NCBI GenBank assembly: GCA_963771515.1
Contig: CAVYTG010000002.1
Coordinates: 46,607-110,606, forward strand
DNA length: 64,000 bases
Direction: 5' to 3'
Source of the DNA: an uncultured Gammaproteobacteria bacterium
GTDB taxonomy: Bacteria > Pseudomonadota > Gammaproteobacteria > CAVYTG01
Shown here: positions 10,266 through 22,000 of the stretch, piece by piece
Layout of the letters: every line of letters starts with the position of its first letter
How positions within the stretch are numbered: the stretch's first letter is position 1
Position numbers and translations under genes: made by a program
Notes under the pieces: generated by a model
Databases searched by the model: none
Told to the model about the DNA's origin: nothing
What the model saw: only the letters and a program-made list of their open reading frames with translations

Positions 10266-11813
10266 ATGAATGCACAAGAGAGAAAGAAATTTGGTTTTTG
10301 GGTGGTTGTCATTGTACCGCTGATTTTTTGGTATATAGCGGCTAAGTATACGGAAACCTTGAGTAAGAAAATCAACTTAAGGGAGTTGTTCCCACTTTTA
10401 CTGGAAACACCTCATAAACCCTGGCTATTAAGTGCACTCATTTTAGGTCTTGTCGTTGGAGGCTTAATCGCCTGGTATTTAAATCGGGATGGAAATGAAA
10501 GCTTTGCGGGTGCTAATTTTAAAAAGTTCTTGCGCGGTACAAAGTTTGAAACAGCATCAACCCTCAAATCCAAAACTCTGGAAAAAGGGATAAGACAGGT
10601 AACCATTGCCGGTATCCCCATGCCAACAAAAGTTGAGAATTTGCACTTACTGGTTGCAGGATCAACGGGCAGTGGCAAGTCAGTCTTAATCAGGGAGCTT
10701 GTCTTTAAAGCTTTTTTAAGAAAGGATCGCCTGATTATCACAGACCCTAATGGGGATATGGTGTCCAAGTTCTACAAAGAAGGGGACATGATCCTAAATC
10801 CTTATGATGTAAGAACCTCTGGTTGGACATTTTTTAATGAGATACGAAATGACTTTGATTTTGAACGTTATGCTTTCTCGCTTGTCCCACTGGGTGAGAC
10901 AAAAGAGGCAGAGGAATGGTCAGGTTATGCAAGGCTGCTTTTAAGAGAGACTGCCAGAAAGCTCTCCTGTATGGGTAATCCTTGTGTTAATGAGCTAAGG
11001 CGCCTTACCACCATTGCATCACCTGATGAGCTTAAATCTTTTTTGGCAGGTACTGATGCAGAATCCCTCATAGTAGAAGGGGCTGAAAGAGCTTTTGGTT
11101 CTGCAAGGTTCATTCTTTCTAATAAGTTGCCAGAGCATGTGAATATGCCAAAAGGTGATTTTAGTCTTCGATCCTGGCTTGAGGATGAAAGTGCTGGAAA
11201 TCTATTTATTACCTGGCGAGAAGATATGGCAGTAGCTTTAAGACCTCTTATTTCCTGCTGGATCGATATTTTATGTGCATCCATCCTTTCCTTACCAGAA
11301 AATAGGGAAAGACGGCTTTGGATGATATTAGATGAGCTGGCATCACTTGATAAGCTGGCAGGATTAGAGCCTGCTTTAACTAAAGGCAGGAAGGCAGGGC
11401 TTTGTGTTGTAGCAGGTCTTCAGTCAACTTCCCAGCTTGAAGATATCTATAGCAGGTCGGAGGCTCAAACCTTAAGAGCCTGTTTTAGGTCACTGGTTGT
11501 ACTCGGAGGCTCTAAAACCGACCCTCAAACCTGTGAAGATTTAAGCAAGAGTTTAGGAGAACATGAGGTAGAGCGGGAAACTGAAACCAGAAATACAGGC
11601 AGCAGTACAACTACCTCTAAACGGATTGAAACGGTTAGAGAGCGTGTAGTCTTACCTTCAGAAATCCCATCGCTGCCTGAACTTTCAGGCTATTTAGCAT
11701 TCTCTGGTGATCTACCCATTACCAGGATAAGGCTTGAGATCATCCGTTTTAAAGAAAGAAATCCAGGTTTCCTGGATAAACACCATGCCCAGCAGCTAGA
11801 AACATCGTGTTAA
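10266..11813 (+). CDS. trwB: TrwB/TraD-type type IV coupling protein
   Basis: Two N-terminal TM helices, Walker A GSTGSGKS, LDELASL, GRKAGLCVVAGLQS. Confidence 0.92.
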   Translation: MNAQERKKFGFWVVVIVPLIFWYIAAKYTETLSKKINLRELFPLLLETPHKPWLLSALILGLVVGGLIAWYLNRDGNESFAGANFKKFLRGTKFETASTLKSKTLEKGIRQVTIAGIPMPTKVENLHLLVAGSTGSGKSVLIRELVFKAFLRKDRLIITDPNGDMVSKFYKEGDMILNPYDVRTSGWTFFNEIRNDFDFERYAFSLVPLGETKEAEEWSGYARLLLRETARKLSCMGNPCVNELRRLTTIASPDELKSFLAGTDAESLIVEGAERAFGSARFILSNKLPEHVNMPKGDFSLRSWLEDESAGNLFITWREDMAVALRPLISCWIDILCASILSLPENRERRLWMILDELASLDKLAGLEPALTKGRKAGLCVVAGLQSTSQLEDIYSRSEAQTLRACFRSLVVLGGSKTDPQTCEDLSKSLGEHEVERETETRNTGSSTTTSKRIETVRERVVLPSEIPSLPELSGYLAFSGDLPITRIRLEIIRFKERNPGFLDKHHAQQLETSC

Positions 11814-14584
11814 GTCACAAGATTTTGCAAAGGCAAAACATCGATGATCTTTCAAGGTACTATGAAGATGGTGCAGATGATTATTATGCCAATGAGGGCA
11901 GTGCCTGTTCATGGCAAGGAAAGGGTGCTAAATATCTGGGTCTTTCAGGTCATGTTGAAAGTGATAAAGTCAAAGAACTTCTGGCAGGAAATGTGGATGG
12001 AGAAAATACACGTTCTTTCATACGCCATGATAGCAGGCAGAGAATCGGTATCGATTTAACATTTTCAGCACCCAAGAGTGTATCTATCCATGCTCTAGTC
12101 GGTGAGAAGGTTGAACTCATTAAAGCGCATGACAGGGCAGTTGAAAAGGCAATCGAAAGGGCAGAATCTCTGGCTCAGGCGCGTTTTAAAATCAAAGGGA
12201 AAACCCGGGTTGAAAATACAGGCAACCTGATCGTTGCAAAATTTCGGCATGAAACCAGTCGGGAGCAAGACCCGCACCTTCACACCCACGCTGTTGTGAT
12301 GAATCTGACCAAACGATCAGATGGCAAATGGAGAGCGCTTCGAAATGATGAGATCATCAAGGCGACCCGTTATCTTGGGATGGCTTACCGCTCAGAGCTT
12401 GCCAAAGAGTTAGACGCAATGGGTTATGAAATCAGGCATGGCAGGGATGGTCTTTTCGAGCTTGCAGGTATTGATCGAAAACAGTTAGAAGGATTTAGCC
12501 AGAGGGCACTTCAGGTTGAAGAGAGACTAAAAGAGGGAGGTCTTACCCGAGAGAGTGCAACTGCCGATCAAAAGCAGCACGCAACCCTTGAAACCAGAGC
12601 TAAAAAAACCATCCTTGAGCGAGAAGTCCTATTTGAGTCATGGAAGAACAAGGCAGAAGGGTTGGGTATCTGTTTTGATAAAAAGCATGTATCCAGAGAT
12701 TATGTAAAAGAAGCGGCTATTAGCAAATCTATTGATATCGAAAAGCAAATGGCAGAAAGGGCCGTTCGATTTGCGATTAAGCACTTAACAGAGCGGCAAA
12801 GTGTTATGAATGAAAGTGCCATCATCAAGACAGGGCTTGTTCATGCCATAGGACAAACTCAGGTGTCCGACATTGAAAAGGCGATGAAAGGTTTAATCGA
12901 GGATGGTTATCTTATCAGGGAAGAGACCCGTTATATCGCGGTTAGTCAGAAAGATGGGATAAGTCAGGTTCGATCTGATTGGGTGGATACCTTGATAAAA
13001 GAAGGGTGCACCCGATCTGATGCAAAGCGATTTGTTAAGGCTGGGATTGAAAAGGGTGCTTTGGTTCCCTTAAGCCCGAGGTATACAACTACTACAGCTT
13101 TGATTAGGGAGAAGAGTATATTAAAAATGGAAAAGGAGGGTAGGGGATTGGTAAACCCTATCATGGAGCAAGAAGATGTCATATCGCATCTTTCACAAAC
13201 AGGATTAAATAAAGATCAGCAAGAGGCTGCAAGGATTTTGCTCTCAAGCAGTAACAGAATCACAGGGATACAAGGGTTCGCAGGGGTTGGGAAAAGTTAT
13301 CTGTTAGAGACAGTCAAAGGTCTTACCGAGAAGGAAGGTTATCAGTTTAAAGCCTTGGCGCCTTATGGCAGTCAGGTCAAAGCGTTAAGAGAGCTTGGTG
13401 TTGAATCTAATACACTGGCATCCTTCTTAAAGGCAAGAGATAAGAACATCAATGAGAAAACTATCCTGATCATCGATGAGGCAGGCGTTGTGCCTACCCG
13501 CCAGATGGAGCAAGCTTTAAGGCTTGCAGATAGAGCAGGAGCTAGAGTGGTGCTTCTGGGTGATATCCAGCAGACCAAGGCAATCGAGGCTGGAAAACCC
13601 TTTGCACAATTACAGGAAGCAGGGATGGAAACATCCAGGATCGAGATCATACAAAGACAGAAAAATGAGACGCTAAAAGAGGCCGTACTTCTAGCAGCTA
13701 AAGGCAATACCGCCCAGTCTCTTGAAAGGCTCACATCAGTTCAGGAGATCAAAAATGATCAGAAGCGCTGGAAGGTCATCTCCAAGGACTACCTGAAATT
13801 ACCAGAAGATCAGCAGGAGAAAACCTTGATCGTATCAGGTACCAATGAGGCAAGGCGTACGATCAATAAGCATGTCAGAGAAGGTTTGGGACTTTCCGGA
13901 AAAGGGATAACCCTTGATATCCTTATCCGGCGTGATACCACACAATCAGAGCGTCAACATGCCAGATATTATCGGGTAGGAGATGTTATTTCACCTGAGA
14001 AAGACTATAAAGGTGCAGGTCTTGAGAGGGGCGCATTATATCGGGTAGAAGAGTCAGGACTGGGGAAGCATTTAACCGTAACTGACAAGGAAGGTAAGCA
14101 GATCAAATTTAATCCCATGGTTTACTCAAGGTTATCTGTTTACAGGCCAGAGAAAGCTGAAATCTCAATCGGTGAAAAAGTCAGGATCAACCGAAATGAG
14201 GCAAAGCTTGATCTTGCAAATGGAGATCGATTTACCGTGAAAGCAGTAGATCAAAAGCAGGTAACACTGACAGATGGCAAAAGGGAAGTGCAACTCTCAA
14301 CTGAAAAACCTCTTCACATGGAGCACTCCTATGCTACCACCATACACAGCAGCCAGGGTTTAACCTCCGAACGCGTCTTTATCGACAAGCCTACTTCAAA
14401 AGACCTTTATTATGTCGGGATTTCCAGAGCCAAAACAGATGCAAGAATCTATACCGATGACAGAAAAGAACTACCCAAGAACATTTCAAGAGAAAGTATT
14501 AAATTTACAGCCCTTGACATAAATAGAAGTAAAAATCACAAAGAAAAAGAGTTTGAACAAACTACTTTAAAAGGAAATAAATAA
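11807..14584 (+). CDS. trwC: MOBF relaxase-helicase (TrwC/TraI)
   Basis: RYYEDGADDYY, DLTFSAPKSVS, HETSREQDPHLHTH, Walker A GFAGVGKS, YATTIHSSQG. Confidence 0.95.
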   Translation: MLSHKILQRQNIDDLSRYYEDGADDYYANEGSACSWQGKGAKYLGLSGHVESDKVKELLAGNVDGENTRSFIRHDSRQRIGIDLTFSAPKSVSIHALVGEKVELIKAHDRAVEKAIERAESLAQARFKIKGKTRVENTGNLIVAKFRHETSREQDPHLHTHAVVMNLTKRSDGKWRALRNDEIIKATRYLGMAYRSELAKELDAMGYEIRHGRDGLFELAGIDRKQLEGFSQRALQVEERLKEGGLTRESATADQKQHATLETRAKKTILEREVLFESWKNKAEGLGICFDKKHVSRDYVKEAAISKSIDIEKQMAERAVRFAIKHLTERQSVMNESAIIKTGLVHAIGQTQVSDIEKAMKGLIEDGYLIREETRYIAVSQKDGISQVRSDWVDTLIKEGCTRSDAKRFVKAGIEKGALVPLSPRYTTTTALIREKSILKMEKEGRGLVNPIMEQEDVISHLSQTGLNKDQQEAARILLSSSNRITGIQGFAGVGKSYLLETVKGLTEKEGYQFKALAPYGSQVKALRELGVESNTLASFLKARDKNINEKTILIIDEAGVVPTRQMEQALRLADRAGARVVLLGDIQQTKAIEAGKPFAQLQEAGMETSRIEIIQRQKNETLKEAVLLAAKGNTAQSLERLTSVQEIKNDQKRWKVISKDYLKLPEDQQEKTLIVSGTNEARRTINKHVREGLGLSGKGITLDILIRRDTTQSERQHARYYRVGDVISPEKDYKGAGLERGALYRVEESGLGKHLTVTDKEGKQIKFNPMVYSRLSVYRPEKAEISIGEKVRINRNEAKLDLANGDRFTVKAVDQKQVTLTDGKREVQLSTEKPLHMEHSYATTIHSSQGLTSERVFIDKPTSKDLYYVGISRAKTDARIYTDDRKELPKNISRESIKFTALDINRSKNHKEKEFEQTTLKGNK

Positions 14585-14706
14585 CTAGAACTTGACCCTT
14601 GGCTGGTATCATGCAAAAAATAAGCATGACCCTTTTTTCACGAATCCCGCCCGAGAGTTTTATTGACTAGTTGCAACTGTTTAACGGCTAAAGGTTGAAG
14701 ATTTTA

Positions 14707-15723
14707 ATGAATGCACCAAAAACACAAACTAAAAATGATTTTGACAAAATTTACCAAATGATTTCTGATGCAAAATCTCAGGTGTGGAAAAAAGTTAATA
14801 AAACCCTGGTTTCATTATACTGGGAAGTTGGAAAGCACCTTAGCCAAAAAGTTGAAACTGATGGATGGGGAAAACAGATTGTAGAAGAACTGGCAGGACA
14901 TATTGCACATAGAAGTCCGTCTTTACAGGGTTTTTCTGCCAGAAATCTTTGGAGAATGAAGCAGTTTTATGAAACCTACGCCCCTTTTCCAAAACTGTCA
15001 GCACTGCTGACAGAAACTACTTGGACTAATCATCTTCATATTTTATCTAAAACAAAGACAATTGAAGAGAAAGAGTTTTACTTACAACTATCTGCAAAGA
15101 AGGGTTATTCTGAGAGAAATTTTGCCCGTCTAATTGAAAGTTCAACTTTTGAACGAACCATACTTTCTGATAAAAAACTGCCAGCAATGCTGACAGAATT
15201 TCCAAACAGTGGCAAAGGTATCTTCAAAGACAGATACATCTTCGAGTTTTTGGAATTACCAGAAGATCATCACGAAAATGATTTAAGATGTGCACTCATC
15301 CGGCATTTACGTAAATTCTTACAGGAACTTGGACCAGATTTCACTTTGATCGGCGAGGAGTACCCTATTCAGGTTGGTAATAAAGATTTTAGAATTGACC
15401 TTCTAATGTTTAACAGGGCTTTAAATTGTATGGTTGCATTGGAGCTAAAAGTCACTGACTTTCAGCCCTCACATTTAGGTCAGCTACATTTTTATCTTGA
15501 AGCGCTTGACCGAAACATTAAAAAGCCTCATGAAAATCCCAGCATCGGCATATTAATCTGCAAAAGCAAAGATGATGAGGTGGTAGAATACGCGATGAAT
15601 CGAAACCTCTCTCCCACTTTGATAGCAGAATATGAAACCAAATTAATAGATAAAAAACGTCTACAAAAGAAATTACATGAAATTTCTCTGGCTTTAGACG
15701 AACCAACTAAAGAAGAACGTTAA
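14707..15723 (+). CDS. DUF1016/YhcG PD-(D/E)XK nuclease-family protein
   Basis: LYWEVG, GFSARNLWRMKQFY, FRIDLLMFNR, ELKV motifs. Confidence 0.9.
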   Translation: MNAPKTQTKNDFDKIYQMISDAKSQVWKKVNKTLVSLYWEVGKHLSQKVETDGWGKQIVEELAGHIAHRSPSLQGFSARNLWRMKQFYETYAPFPKLSALLTETTWTNHLHILSKTKTIEEKEFYLQLSAKKGYSERNFARLIESSTFERTILSDKKLPAMLTEFPNSGKGIFKDRYIFEFLELPEDHHENDLRCALIRHLRKFLQELGPDFTLIGEEYPIQVGNKDFRIDLLMFNRALNCMVALELKVTDFQPSHLGQLHFYLEALDRNIKKPHENPSIGILICKSKDDEVVEYAMNRNLSPTLIAEYETKLIDKKRLQKKLHEISLALDEPTKEER

Positions 15724-16167
15724 TCATTCATGATCCAAGAATTAGAAAATCCTCTGTCAACCTTATGGGAAGACCTCGTTCCATTGGCTATTTATTTTTT
15801 TGGGTATATACCACTTCAACATTAGGTGGATATTATGAATTCGAATATCTCGTAATTTTATTGTTCCTCGTTCTACAGCAGGCATTTAATCAGCCCATTG
15901 CTTGAAACCCTCAAAACAACTGAAAAGTCGGGGCATTCAGTGGTTTTTTAACGGTTTGAGTGGGAGGATAAGGAAACTTGCGTTCTCCATTCTTATGGGA
16001 TATACGCTCGAAGAGCATCTTATCAAACGAGAAATGTATGATCAATAAATTTTAGTTCATTACCGAATAGCCCTGTCAGTTCTTAGTTAGATAATAAGTT
16101 GTTCTATACTATTTTAAGGTTCAAATAACTTTTATGGATAAGCCTGTTTTAAAATGAGGGTATTTAT

Positions 16168-16323
16168 ATGTTGGGTACTATTTTAATTATTGTTCTTGTT
16201 TTGCTGCTACTGGGTGTAATTCCTGTATGGCCGCACAGTGGTTCTTGGGGGTACTATCCCTCTGGGATAGTAGGTGTATTATTATTAATCATTCTCATAC
16301 TGTTCTTGACAGGCAGGTTGTGA
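16168..16323 (+). CDS. DUF3309-family small membrane protein (51 aa, below the ORF-track cutoff)
   Basis: MLGTILIIVLVLLLLGVIPVWPHSGSWGYYPSGIVGVLLLIILILFLTGRL, with GAGG RBS upstream. Confidence 0.8.
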   Translation: MLGTILIIVLVLLLLGVIPVWPHSGSWGYYPSGIVGVLLLIILILFLTGRL

Positions 16324-16729
16324 TGTAGATGAACTTAGTGCTTCTTATCAACCTCAGTTCGGAGTTTTCGCTAGAAACCTCCTCTTATTTCCTGGTTTTT
16401 CTATGATGCTTGATAAAGGGGTAAGTCATTCCTATAGCTTACTCCGATTAGAAATTGGAAAAAACTTGAGGATCGAGTATTAGAACCCAAATAAAACACT
16501 TTCCTTATGACCAAGTGGAATTAGCAAAGAATGGATTGAGCAATTAAATTATAAGTTGCGATCTTATGGCGGCCACACCCACAATATCGCTGGAATTGCA
16601 GTTACCATAACAATTAATTGAAGTGGCAAGCCTAACGGCCCACTGTGTACGTAGGGGCATTTTCCGGACAAGATTAGTTCCGACTTTAATGTTGTAGCTG
16701 GCATTTCCATAGCTGTCTTTTGCTATCAC

Positions 16730-17835
16730 GGGTACTGCAACTATACGTGTAAAAAGTGACGATGGTGATTAAGTAATCACAGGCGCGGTTTTAATTTTTT
16801 CCAGATCCTTATTAAATACCTGCAAATCCAGGATGTAATCGCCAAACCGCTTGATGTGTTCAGTTAAATATGGACTCAATTTAGCAAGATCTTCTTTTTT
16901 TATTACCCAGCCTTCATCCCTGAGTTGCTGGATGATTTGGCTCATATCAATAACATTCTGTAAAATAATTAGATTGGTGACCAAGGTATTATATCGGATT
17001 GCCTTTTCCATTTCAGTAACATCATTGCTGGCTACGGTTATACGTGAAGCAAATGAGATCCAGTCGCTCAGATTGTGAAATGATTCTACTTTATTGGTCT
17101 CAGCTGTAATGGACTCACGTAACTCTACATCAGAGATATATTCCAATAAAAAAATAGTGCGGATAACTCTGCCTAATTCTCTGAATGCCAAGTACAGCTG
17201 GTTTTTTCTACTTCGGGTTCCCAGTCGCTTTAACACAAGTGTAGGCGATACTTTGCCGTGTTGAATTGATAGCACCATCTGCATCATATCCTTCCAATTA
17301 TTTTCAATTAACGTCCAATCCACAGTATCCTTAAATAAGGAATCGATATGCTTATATTTTGTTTCTTTACTGGGCCTGAAGAAGGTAAGGTCTTTCCAGT
17401 TTCTGATTCTTGGCATGATATCAATACCAAATAAGTACCCAAGTCCAAAAACAGTTGCTGATTGAGATTGGGTATCACCGTGTATTTTAGTGGGCTTCAC
17501 ATCTGACTGGTTACGAAGTAATCCCTCAATGATAGCAATGGCTTCCCATACTCCACAGGGAATGAAGCTGGAGAACAAAGCAATATAGTGATCTGCGATA
17601 TGATGATAGGCGATTCCACCTTTAGCACCATATCGGATATGACTTTCAGCTAGCAGGTTTTGCTCATAGATGCTACGCAAGGTGCCATCTACACTAGCGC
17701 TCTTTCCTGTTCCCCACGCTTTTATGAGAGGAAATTGGTTGTAATAGTTAATGACTCGAGCCAACGCTGATTCTAGCTTTTTCAGATTGACATGCGATTT
17801 ATTCACCAATGCGATTGTTCTTGCGCTAATACCTA
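16730..17835 (-). pseudogene. Second Tn3-family transposase, 3' fragment with probable terminal IR
   Basis: SASVDGT, IHGDTQSQ, PRIRNWKD, TNKVESFH (ORF 16769-17887). IR-like GGGTACTGC...ATTAAG at 16730-16773 overlaps the stop codon. Confidence 0.85.
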
Positions 17836-18041
17836 TAGTGGTCCAGTTTTTGCCGTCCACTATATCCTGGGTGGACTTGCAGTTCATGACGTTAGCTCTG
17901 GATTCGCATTAGAGATGGCTGCCAGAAAGAAAGTGTCTGTCCATATTGCAAAAAAAAATTTAAACCACAATATCTAGCACCAATTCTTTCTCAAAAAACA
18001 CCATATCTTGTGTTCATTTTATTTTTTGCAACGGAGCCAAA

Positions 18042-18098
18042 TTTACATCGTAACTAAAAAGGAGTTGAGAATTTATTTACTGTTAGTTACGATGTAAA
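18042..18098. promoter_or_regulatory. Inverted pair of Ter-like sites upstream of the tus-like gene
   Basis: TTTACATCGTAACTAA at 18042-18057 and its perfect inverse at 18083-18098; shares GTAACTAA with E. coli Ter sites. Confidence 0.6.
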
Positions 18099-18115
18099 AG
18101 GATTTGGAGTATTCA

Positions 18116-18982
18116 ATGCCTTTTATTAGCAAAATAGAAGTAGATCAAATTACCTCCCACTTCAATGAGTATTTGGTGGAGCTAAACACTTTGTGTGGCC
18201 ATATCCAAAAACAACTTACTAGTTTCCCAGCCTCTATTAGCCTGGATGAAAAAAACTTCTTAAATGATCCCCAATACATTATCCAATCTATCAAATCTCT
18301 TAGTCCTGACCCTTCGCTGAAAGCCCAAGAAACCCCTTCATTTCCAGGTGCCATGGCCTGCAACTCAGAAACTATTGAACTGATTAATCAACTTAATAAG
18401 AGAAAAGATTTACTAAGAGCACAATTTGAACAGCACAAAAGAAAGTCGTCTGCCAACCCAACTAAACACATCCGAGACATCCTTAAAAAGGAAGGATATG
18501 GTGCTATTAACCTAAAGCAGGCTTACAGACATATTTATTATGTAAATTATCATCCTGAAAGAATTGCTTGGGTCAAATCTAAATCTCTCAGTAATGTGGT
18601 ACTCTCACACAAAGAGGCAGAGACAATGTTATTAAAAGCTGGGGTAGGAAAAAATATTGAGATACAGCTCAATAAACTTAAAGGTCTATCTTCATCTGAA
18701 AAAATCATTAAACAAAGAAAAATAAAGGCTAGGCTCCAAGTTAATGTCAGCCATCGTAATTGTGAAGACAAGTTTGAAACTCAATGTATTCATACCACAT
18801 TGCCCTTGTTCTATCTATTTGATGAAACTAAGTTGCCGCCTGTGGTTTGTTTTAGCAAACCCATATCAAATAAGGAGAGTAGGGCGGTAAGATCGGATAA
18901 AAAACTTGAGGAAAAACCATTCTTACCCTCGATTAGTGCTTACCTTTATCAAAAGGGCCTACGGAACAACATTGTAAAATAA
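18116..18982 (+). CDS. Tus-like replication terminus site-binding protein
   Basis: Size about 290 aa; ETPSFPG, NLKQAYRHI, RIAW, RKIKARLQVNV, TTLPLFY and RSDKKLE motifs recall the Tus/Ter family. Confidence 0.7.
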   Translation: MPFISKIEVDQITSHFNEYLVELNTLCGHIQKQLTSFPASISLDEKNFLNDPQYIIQSIKSLSPDPSLKAQETPSFPGAMACNSETIELINQLNKRKDLLRAQFEQHKRKSSANPTKHIRDILKKEGYGAINLKQAYRHIYYVNYHPERIAWVKSKSLSNVVLSHKEAETMLLKAGVGKNIEIQLNKLKGLSSSEKIIKQRKIKARLQVNVSHRNCEDKFETQCIHTTLPLFYLFDETKLPPVVCFSKPISNKESRAVRSDKKLEEKPFLPSISAYLYQKGLRNNIVK

Positions 18983-19007
18983 TGGAACTGAGCTTTCAAA
19001 GCATACA

Positions 19008-19024
19008 GACCTCCAGGGTGAGTA
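19008..19024. repeat. Variant copy of the short mobile end, GACCTCCAGGGTGAGTA
   Basis: 16/17 identical to 24440-24456. Confidence 0.65.
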
Positions 19025-19087
19025 ATGCCCTCATATGAGACAGATGCTGATCGTAAAATACTAAAATAACCCTCATAGGAAAATACC

Positions 19088-22000
19088 ATGCAAGCATTCA
19101 CTCCAGAAATGGAAACCCTTGAAACTGAATATGGATCGATTGAGCAGGTTCGCTTTTTTACAGGTTCTGGCGCCAGTGCGCACTTTTATTATTTTATGTT
19201 AGATGAGCAGGGTGAGCGATGGATTGCCAAAGGAGAGCTGTATGATCCACGGCCACGGCGCGTTCTCGGCACACTCGAGACTGTGCATAGTGAGATCGCA
19301 AAAGAGTTGATTGCTAATGCCCTTTATGCCCGATTAGGTATCCCTGTGGCACGCATCCAAATGGCTATGGTGCCTGTACATATCCCCGAAGGAATTTATT
19401 GGAAAGAACTCGCTCAAGAGATTGGGATAACAGAAACCCCTGCGATATTAACCCGCTTTTTAGATCACTTTCAGGAGTATCCTTACCTACCCGAGTTTTA
19501 TGAGACACAAGCGAATTACCTCTCATTAGAAATCGAAAATCAATGGGTAGTCGAGGCAGGTTTAGGCCGAGTGCTTGCCGTAGCACAGTGGCTCAATGAT
19601 ATTGACGTGATCGGCGGCAGTGGTAAAAACATTGGTTACCGCCTACGTCAACATCCTAACAGTGAGGTAGGAGCGCTATTGGTTGAAACCTGTAAAATTG
19701 ATCCTGGTTATGCTTTTCATGACTTTGAGCAAGAAAAGACTGCCACCATCGGTGATGAACAGACCCTTCAGCTAGCGACCATGGGAGAAGCACATCGTAT
19801 CCATACCCACTGGACACAATGGCCAGTGCAAACGCAAGCAGAGTATTGGGAAACAATCAACGCCATTGTCGCCTTACCTGTCAATGAGATTGAGGCAATT
19901 TTTACCCAGACTGACCCTAATGGACATTTTCGAGAGACTGACTTGTGCCTAGCGCGTCTGATAAGCCGTCAAGCGAGCTTATGTGAATATCTTGACCATT
20001 ATCAGGCCAACGTCAATCCCAAACCACAGATGACGATCCACTTACCCCCGATTCATCCTGATCAAGATCAACCTCAAGATCGTCTTGCACAACACAATCA
20101 ATGGATGTTACAACGCCCCAGTGTACAACAAGCCTTTCATTTTTATTTAACGCCCAGCCTCATGAGCACTGATCGAGACCCAGATGCCCCTCGGTATGAT
20201 TGTAGTGAGAAGATCATGGATTTTTTAACCAATCCCCAATATCGTGCCCTACTCTTGTTGGGTAAAAGTGGGGCAGGCAAATCCATTGAAACCTATCGCT
20301 TAATTGAGCGAGCCACTGAACTGGGTTTTATGCCGCTGCGTATTGAACTCAAACGATTTTCAAGTACCACCGTCCCTCACTGCATACTCAACACGCTGCA
20401 AGATGACTTCCAACTCTCCCTGACCCAGATTGAAAATCTGAAAGAGGCACCCTTGTTATTTATCCTCGATGGATTTGACGAAATCCAGGGGCGTGCCCAA
20501 CCTAACCTGTATGACACCCACCAGCTGGGTGAGTGGGTTAACAGCAAGGTGATTACTACTTGCCGTAGCCAATACTATACCCATGATATGAAGCCTTGTT
20601 TTATCCCAGAGAATCAACCACAAGCATTACAACTTTGGCACTTAGCGCCAGTGAATGAGATGGAGCAAACAGATTACATCCTGGCCCATCATGAACAACT
20701 TAACACCCAAGCTTGTCTGGCTTACCTGGATGAAAACCCAAAAGCCAGAGGGTTTCTGGATACTCCCCTGATGCTCAAACTTTTTGTGGATGCCTACCCC
20801 ATTTTGCAACGTGAGACTGAAAACAACCCAACGCTTCGTTTTACCCGTTATCGTTTATATGAAGCTTTTTTAACCACCTGGACGCAACACCAGGCTGTTC
20901 GTACCATTCAGCAACTGGGGCATTATGAAGATCTCACGGATCGATTTCAAAGCTTTTCAGAAACACTTGCCTTTACGATGTATGCTCATGCCAAAGATGC
21001 GATTGAATATCAAGAAGACAGTACCCTGATTCAACGGGAAGAAGATGCCTTGTGGTCACGATTTTTTACGGATCGAGACCCGGATGTAGTCAAGCTTCGC
21101 CTGGGTTGCCCCTTAACGCGAACAGGCAACACCTACAGTTTTCTACACAAATCCTTTGCTGATCACCTGGTCGCAAGGCGGTTGTGGCAAAGCTTGGAGG
21201 AGCATGTAACGATTGAAGAGCGCTTAAGGTTGTGGAATGCTCGTTTTTTAGTGGATGAACGTGCGATTTTAGAAGTTTTAGCAGAAAATATTCTCACACT
21301 TCCTAATGAGCATCCCATCATCGAGCGTTTGTATGAACTCGTACTAAGTAGCCGAGGTGAACCTGCTCATGCTAAAGCTAGCAGCAATGCCATCAGTTTA
21401 TTGAATGTAAATCAAGCGCTGTGCCGATTAATAGGAAGAGACTTCTCAGGTATTCATGCACCCCGAGCGGATTTGTCGTTTAGTAACTGCACAGGAACTG
21501 ATTTCACCGGTGCAGATTTATCAGGATCACACCTTGAGGCAGCGATCTTTATCCAAACGAATTTCACACAAGCCAGGCTTTATGGGGTATTTTTTGGGGA
21601 GTATCCGTCGATTTTGGCTGACGATTACGTGTACTGCATCGCCTATTCTCCCGATGGACGTTTGCTGGCGATAGCGATGGAAAGTAAGATTCAACTGATT
21701 ACTGCAGAAAGCGGCCGTTGTGAGCAGGTGCTTGAGGGGCACACGAGTTTGATTACCAGCGTCATGTTTAGCCCGAATGGCGAGCAACTGGCATCAGGAA
21801 GTGGGGATAATACGATCCGCCTGTGGAATGTTGTCAGTGGTCGTTGTGAGCAGGTGCTTGAAGGGCACATGAGTAGTAGTGTTACGTTTAGCCCGAATGG
21901 CGAGCACCTGGCATCAGGAAGTCAGGATAATACGATCCGCCTGTGGGATATTTCCAGTGGTCGTTGTGAGCAGGTGTTTGAGGGGCACACGAATTATGTT

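Noticed and set aside
15724-16167. Intergenic region examined for ncRNA or replication origin
   Set aside because: No iterons, convincing hairpins or intact ORF.
16544-16729. 61-aa ORF beside the Tn3 remnant
   Set aside because: Probably a truncated gene end; no family recognised.
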